From: an uncultured Pseudomonadota bacterium
GTDB lineage: Bacteria; Oederibacteriota; Muellerivitia; Muellerivitales; Muellerivitaceae
Direction: 5' to 3'
NCBI GenBank assembly: GCA_963770835.1
Contig: CAVYRH010000003.1
Coordinates: forward strand, 288,001-352,000
DNA length: 64,000 nt
Part shown: positions 59,735 to 64,000 of the stretch, in pieces
Layout of the letters: every line of letters begins with the position of its first letter
Position numbering within the stretch: position 1 is the stretch's first letter
The notes under the pieces: model-generated
Database searches by the model: none
The model's input: the letters and a program-made list of their open reading frames with translations, nothing else
Told to the model about the DNA's origin: nothing
Made by a program: the position numbers and the translations under genes

Positions 59735-59871
59735 GAGGTAGTGCATTCAAAATATCTTTCTAGATATCCGGATTCAGGCTGAAAATGCTCACCTCCGCTT
59801 TAAGTTATTTCGATTTCGATCCGTTAATATTTCGAAAAACCTTCTTTATTTCCAAAGTTCTAACGACGCTC

Positions 59872-59899
59872 TTGACAGCAAATAAGAAGGCATTATACT
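59872..59899 (+). promoter_or_regulatory. Sigma70-type promoter of the aminotransferase-serA operon
   Basis: TTGACA (59872-59877), 16-nt spacer, TATACT (59894-59899). Confidence 0.75.
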
Positions 59900-59937
59900 A
59901 ACGCTGACTTTGTGAAATGTTTCACAAAGTCAGCGTT
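59900..59937. promoter_or_regulatory. Perfect 18-bp-arm palindrome containing a Rex/CRP-type operator
   Basis: AACGCTGACTTTGTGAAA-TG-TTTCACAAAGTCAGCGTT; core TTGTGAA-ATGT-TTCACAA at 59910-59927. Confidence 0.75.
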
Positions 59938-60006
59938 TTCGGCATAAAATCAGGGAAAATACCCGCTTTACCTTCTCTCCACCCACAGGGTTCAAAAGGA
60001 TCTTTC

Positions 60007-61161
60007 ATGCGAAAAAAATACATTATGGCCCCTGGGCCAACTCCCATACCGGCGGAAGTTCTGGCGGAAGCCAGTATGCCGATTATTCACCATCGAACAC
60101 CTCAATTTCAGGCCATTTTCAAAGCGGCCCATGAGGGGCTTCAGATGCTTTTCCGGACCAAACGGCCTGTCATGACATTCGCTTCGGTTGGAACCGGGGC
60201 AATGGAGTCAGCAGTCGCTAATTTAACTTCGCCAGGCGAGAAAGTTTTGGTTGCTTCTGCCGGACATTTTGGCAACCGCTGGAAGGATATTTGCGCGGTC
60301 TTTGGGGTTCAGGCTGAGCTTTTAGAGGCCGAATGGGGACAAGCTGTTGATTCAGAAGAAGTGCGCAAAAAATTGAAGCTTTTTCCAGAAATTAAGCTGA
60401 TTTTCACGACCCTGAATGAAACGTCCACAGGAGTAGTCAACGACATCCAAGCCCTAACCAAAGTTGCCCATGAATCTGGAGCCTTGATTGTAGTGGACGC
60501 CATTTCGGGTCTTGGCGCCATGCCGTGTGAAACGGATGCATGGGGTGTGGACCTAGTTCTTTCGGGTTCGCAAAAGGGATTCATGATTCCCCCCGGATTA
60601 GCGTTTGTCTGTGCCCAGCTCACAGCAGTAGAAAAAACAAAATCCGCCAAGAATCCGCGGTATTACTTCAGCTATGAGAAGGCCCTGAAAAAATTGATTG
60701 AGGAAAAGATGCCGGATACGCCCTTTACTCCGGCTATTTCCTTAGTAATCCAATTAAAAAAAGCACTGGAACTTATCAAGGAAGAAGGCGTGGAGAATGT
60801 CTGGAAAAGACACGCTGGCCTGGCTAAGGCCGCACGGGCGGGGGTGGAAGCGCTCGGGCTGAAGTTATTTGCTCCCAAGGCTCCTTCAGCGGCACTGACT
60901 TCTGTTGTGGCTCCAGATGGGATCGATAGTGGCCTCATCAATAAAACATTCCGAGATACCTACGGCATTAGTATTGCCGGTGGACAGGGAAAAGTGAAAG
61001 GTAAGATTTTTCGAATTGGCCACTTGGGGTATGTCGATGGTTCGGATGTCATTTTGGGAATCGCCACCTTGGAAATGGTGATGCACAAGGTGGGCCACAA
61101 GGTTCCTTTGGGCGTCGGGGTAAAAGCTGCGGAAGAAATCTTACTAATGGAAAACATCTAG
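60007..61161 (+). CDS. Class-V PLP aminotransferase (serine-pyruvate/alanine-glyoxylate type), probable SerC substitute
   Basis: PGPTP, HHRT, NETSTGV, VDAIS, SGSQKG..PPGL, TPFTP, FRIGHLG; directly upstream of serA. Confidence 0.9.
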   Translation: MRKKYIMAPGPTPIPAEVLAEASMPIIHHRTPQFQAIFKAAHEGLQMLFRTKRPVMTFASVGTGAMESAVANLTSPGEKVLVASAGHFGNRWKDICAVFGVQAELLEAEWGQAVDSEEVRKKLKLFPEIKLIFTTLNETSTGVVNDIQALTKVAHESGALIVVDAISGLGAMPCETDAWGVDLVLSGSQKGFMIPPGLAFVCAQLTAVEKTKSAKNPRYYFSYEKALKKLIEEKMPDTPFTPAISLVIQLKKALELIKEEGVENVWKRHAGLAKAARAGVEALGLKLFAPKAPSAALTSVVAPDGIDSGLINKTFRDTYGISIAGGQGKVKGKIFRIGHLGYVDGSDVILGIATLEMVMHKVGHKVPLGVGVKAAEEILLMENI

Positions 61162-61170
61162 GAGTATCCA

Positions 61171-62754
61171 ATGTTTAAAGTTTTAATTACCGACAAGCTT
61201 TCGGAACAAGGGATGGAAGTTTTCAAGAAAGAAAAGGATTTACGTGTTGAGGAGCATGTCGGCAAAAGTCCGGAGGAATTAAGGAAAATACTAGGGGACT
61301 ACGACGCTTGGGTTATTCGTAGCGGTACGACCGTCACGGCTGAATTAATTCAGGCTGCCAGCAAAATGAAGATTATCGGGCGCGCGGGCGTTGGTGTTGA
61401 TAACGTGGATTTAGAGGCGGCCACCAAACGCGGTATTATCGTCATGAACACACCGGACGGAAACACCATTTCCACCGCCGAACATACCATTGCAATGTTA
61501 ATGTCCATGGCCCGTAGGATTCCCCAAGCTCAACAGTCACTTAAAGAGAAGAAGTGGGAACGTAGCAAATTCATTGGCTGCGAGTTGAACGAAAAAGTGT
61601 TGGGTGTCGTGGGACTCGGACGGATCGGAACCAATGTTGCCCGCAAGGCTATCGGCCTGGGGATGCGGGTTTTGGCTTATGACCCTTATGTGGATCCAGC
61701 CAAAACCAAGGGCCACGAATTCGAGGTTGTGACGCTGGATGAAATTATAAAGAGGTCAGATTTTATTACCGTTCACACGCCCTTAACCAAGGAAACAAAG
61801 GGATTGATCGGGGCCAAGGAAATTGCGGCCATGAAAAATGGTGTCCGGCTCGTGAATTGCGCACGCGGCGGTATTATTGATGAAGCGGCCTTGTTCGAGG
61901 GCTTGAAAAACGGCAAGATAGCCGGTGCCGCCCTAGATGTATTCGAGAAGGAACCTCCCTTTGACAGCCCTCTTTTGACTCTGGAGAACGTAGTTTGCGT
62001 GCCCCATTTGGGTGCGGCCACCCAAGAAGCCCAAGTGAATGTAGCAGTCGTAGTAGCCGAGCAAATGGTGGAAGCCTTGAAAGGTGGCCGAGTGAAGAAT
62101 GCGGTCAATATGCCTTCTTTAGACCCTAAGATCTTAGAAGAGTTGAAACCTTATTTAACTCTCGTGGAGAAAATTGGATCCTTTCATGCGCAACTCGCGG
62201 AGTCTTTCATTAAGAAAATCCAAGTTGAATACAACGGGGAAGTGGCTCGGTTTGATGCCAAGCCTTTGACCCTTAGCTTGGTGAAGGGGATCCTTCAGAA
62301 GGGTATGAGTGAGGCCGTCAATTATGTGAACGCTCTCTTTATCGCCAAAGAACGTGGATATGAGATTTCTGAGACTGTAAACAACAGCGCTCAGGATTAT
62401 TCTTCCCTCATCACCGTCACGGTTACGAACGAAAAAGCGACCCATTCCATTTCTGGCACGGTATTCGGCAAAAAAGAATTTCGAATCGTCAACTTAGATG
62501 GAAATTCAACCGACTTCACGCCTGAAGGCAATATGATCTGGATGGCCCATCATGACCGGCCGGGCATTGTTGGAAAACTGGGGACTATACTAGGCAGCAA
62601 TAATGTCAATATTGCCGGCCTTTACGTGGGGAGGCAGGCAGTGGGTGGAACAGCCATAGCCATGGTGAACGTGGACAACGAGGTGCCGGAAAAGGTAATG
62701 GCCGAATTACGCGAGATACCCCACATTCAAGATTTAAGATTCGTTAAGTTCTAA
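61171..62754 (+). CDS. serA: D-3-phosphoglycerate dehydrogenase (type I, ASB and ACT domains)
   Basis: GRAGVGVDN, GLGRIG, VHTPLT, NCARGG, PHLGAAT, DRPGIVG..NVNIA. Confidence 0.96.
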   Translation: MFKVLITDKLSEQGMEVFKKEKDLRVEEHVGKSPEELRKILGDYDAWVIRSGTTVTAELIQAASKMKIIGRAGVGVDNVDLEAATKRGIIVMNTPDGNTISTAEHTIAMLMSMARRIPQAQQSLKEKKWERSKFIGCELNEKVLGVVGLGRIGTNVARKAIGLGMRVLAYDPYVDPAKTKGHEFEVVTLDEIIKRSDFITVHTPLTKETKGLIGAKEIAAMKNGVRLVNCARGGIIDEAALFEGLKNGKIAGAALDVFEKEPPFDSPLLTLENVVCVPHLGAATQEAQVNVAVVVAEQMVEALKGGRVKNAVNMPSLDPKILEELKPYLTLVEKIGSFHAQLAESFIKKIQVEYNGEVARFDAKPLTLSLVKGILQKGMSEAVNYVNALFIAKERGYEISETVNNSAQDYSSLITVTVTNEKATHSISGTVFGKKEFRIVNLDGNSTDFTPEGNMIWMAHHDRPGIVGKLGTILGSNNVNIAGLYVGRQAVGGTAIAMVNVDNEVPEKVMAELREIPHIQDLRFVKF

Positions 62755-62807
62755 GCTAATTTGCTGTTTCCTTGACAGCGCTAGGGGCTAGGGATACCTT
62801 AATGCCT

Positions 62808-63377
62808 ATGAAATTTAAGGTCTTCTTGGCTACAACAATCTTGGTTTTACCTTTAGTTTCCCAGGCGGCGCCCAATTTTTGGAATGTTCCCAATGCTACG
62901 CCCACGCCTTTACCGCCTCCGGACATCCAACAGTCATTGGGGCCCCCGGAGTTTCAAACTGCCACTCCAACGCCCGTTTTGGCTCCACCGGTCCAATTGC
63001 CAACTACTACTCCCACTCCCCGTCCTGGGTTGAAGCCTAAAAATCCAACAGAAGCGGCACTTTTTTCCGCCGTGATTCCAGGTTCGGGCCATGTTTACGC
63101 AGGAGACCCTGCAAGGGGATTGGTTTTTGCTACGCTTTTTGGACTGGGGCTTTGGCAGACACTTGATAATCTCCAGTTGGTTCATGATGATACAGGTGCC
63201 TTAGTTGCGAAAAATGAAACGGCAGGCAACTTATTCGGGTTGGCGACGCTCGCAGCCTATGGTTTCGGCATCCAGGATGCTTATAACACAGCCGTTCATT
63301 ACAACAAGCAGAATTACTTAACTCTTAATTTTGGGATTGAGCCTAGGCCCAACGCCAGCCTCGCCTTCTCCTTCTAA
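62808..63377 (+). CDS. Hypothetical exported protein (Pro/Thr linker, DUF5683/TM2-like motif)
   Basis: Signal peptide; KNPTEAALFSAVIPGSGHVY, IQDAY, terminal aromatic residue. Confidence 0.7.
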   Translation: MKFKVFLATTILVLPLVSQAAPNFWNVPNATPTPLPPPDIQQSLGPPEFQTATPTPVLAPPVQLPTTTPTPRPGLKPKNPTEAALFSAVIPGSGHVYAGDPARGLVFATLFGLGLWQTLDNLQLVHDDTGALVAKNETAGNLFGLATLAAYGFGIQDAYNTAVHYNKQNYLTLNFGIEPRPNASLAFSF

Positions 63378-63389
63378 AAGGTTGGTTTA

Positions 63390-64000
63390 ATGACAAGGGG
63401 TTTGGGGACCGCCCCCAAAATGACAGATAAATTTCCACTCTTTTTTACCCTCATGGTTTGGCTTTTTCTTTTGGCGCCTCCTGGTTCCCATGGCGTGGAA
63501 TTAGATCCTTATCCTGTTTTTGATTTTTCGCGTGATCCGTTTTCCATTACTCTTTTTCGGGAAGAACGGCCAAGCTTTTATTGGGTGAATATCGGGGTGC
63601 CCGATTTTTTCTTCAAAGGTGTCCAGCAACTTTCATCACTTCCCAATCCAACCGTTTACACGATCCGAAGCATCGAATATGGCGTTCAAACGAAAGGATG
63701 GGCTACCGACCAACTGCAACTGAGAGCGACTTTTCCATTTGAGGCGAATGCCCTTGTCGATCCGTCGGGCAATACCCACAATGTAGCGAAATTCGGGGAC
63801 TTGGAAGTGGGGGCCACCTATTTAGTAGCGGGGAAGCGGGAAAAAGGGAGTTTTATTGGTGTGGACGGTTGGTGCCGGTTTCCGACAGGGACCAATCCCT
63901 TTAGTCTTGCTTATCCCATTCTTTCCTCGGGGAAAGGTGCTTCGGAAGGAGCACTGGGCCTTATCGTGGCTGAAGAACTGGGTGGATTTTCTTTTTTTCA
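63390..64000 (+). CDS. Outer-membrane 'transporter' (MetA-phenol-degradation-like) barrel, 3' truncated
   Basis: Open frame from ATG 63390 to the window end (absent from the ORF track). Signal peptide, FGDLEVGATY, RFPTG.NPF, SSGKG. Confidence 0.65.
   Translation, partial: MTRGLGTAPKMTDKFPLFFTLMVWLFLLAPPGSHGVELDPYPVFDFSRDPFSITLFREERPSFYWVNIGVPDFFFKGVQQLSSLPNPTVYTIRSIEYGVQTKGWATDQLQLRATFPFEANALVDPSGNTHNVAKFGDLEVGATYLVAGKREKGSFIGVDGWCRFPTGTNPFSLAYPILSSGKGASEGALGLIVAEELGGFSFF

Noticed and set aside
59735..59795. Riboswitch (GAGGT...ACCTC hairpin) upstream of the serA operon
   Set aside because: It lies upstream of the predicted promoter and lacks glycine, lysine or SAM riboswitch consensus elements.

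Overview
Bacterial chromosomal window from a diderm, probably poorly characterised lineage. It combines a secretin and PorV-type barrels with RNase J and partner-switching proteins, and has giant Thr-rich proteins ending in FlgD/T9SS-type tails. This resembles FCPU426/Goldbacteria-type candidate phyla, which is inference only. Order of contents: (1) a GC-rich T2SS/type-IV-filament cluster (PilB/GspE, PilMNO-like, TPR-secretin-cohesin, four pseudopilins); (2) an FmdB-type zinc ribbon and a DUF58-BatABCD-MoxR locus; (3) a mucin-like protein with two Fn3-like domains; (4) yicC-gmk-rpoZ-coaBC; (5) a subtilase plus PorV-like pair, then udg; (6) a 1922-aa Thr-rich surface protein coupled to a PorV-TPR barrel, a membrane RsbW-kinase/HAMP/PP2C/HTH fusion, a STAS protein and a TPR protein, with a convergent PilZ gene; (7) gltX, a GNAT, tRNA-Gln and a decayed lipase-maturation-factor pseudogene; (8) a 1596-aa expansin-tipped protein, a four-His membrane protein/YceI/diiron trio, an RRM protein, rnj, trxB and glpD; (9) tRNA-Leu, tig-clpP-clpX, a hydrolase, and a class-V aminotransferase-serA operon with a perfect Rex/CRP-type palindrome at its promoter. 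The best candidate for an undescribed system is 25889-37401: a possible trans-envelope partner-switching cascade whose output may be a domesticated IS481-like transposase DNA-binding domain. No CRISPR array, rRNA, integrase or reverse transcriptase was seen. All family calls come from reading motifs by eye, not from database searches.
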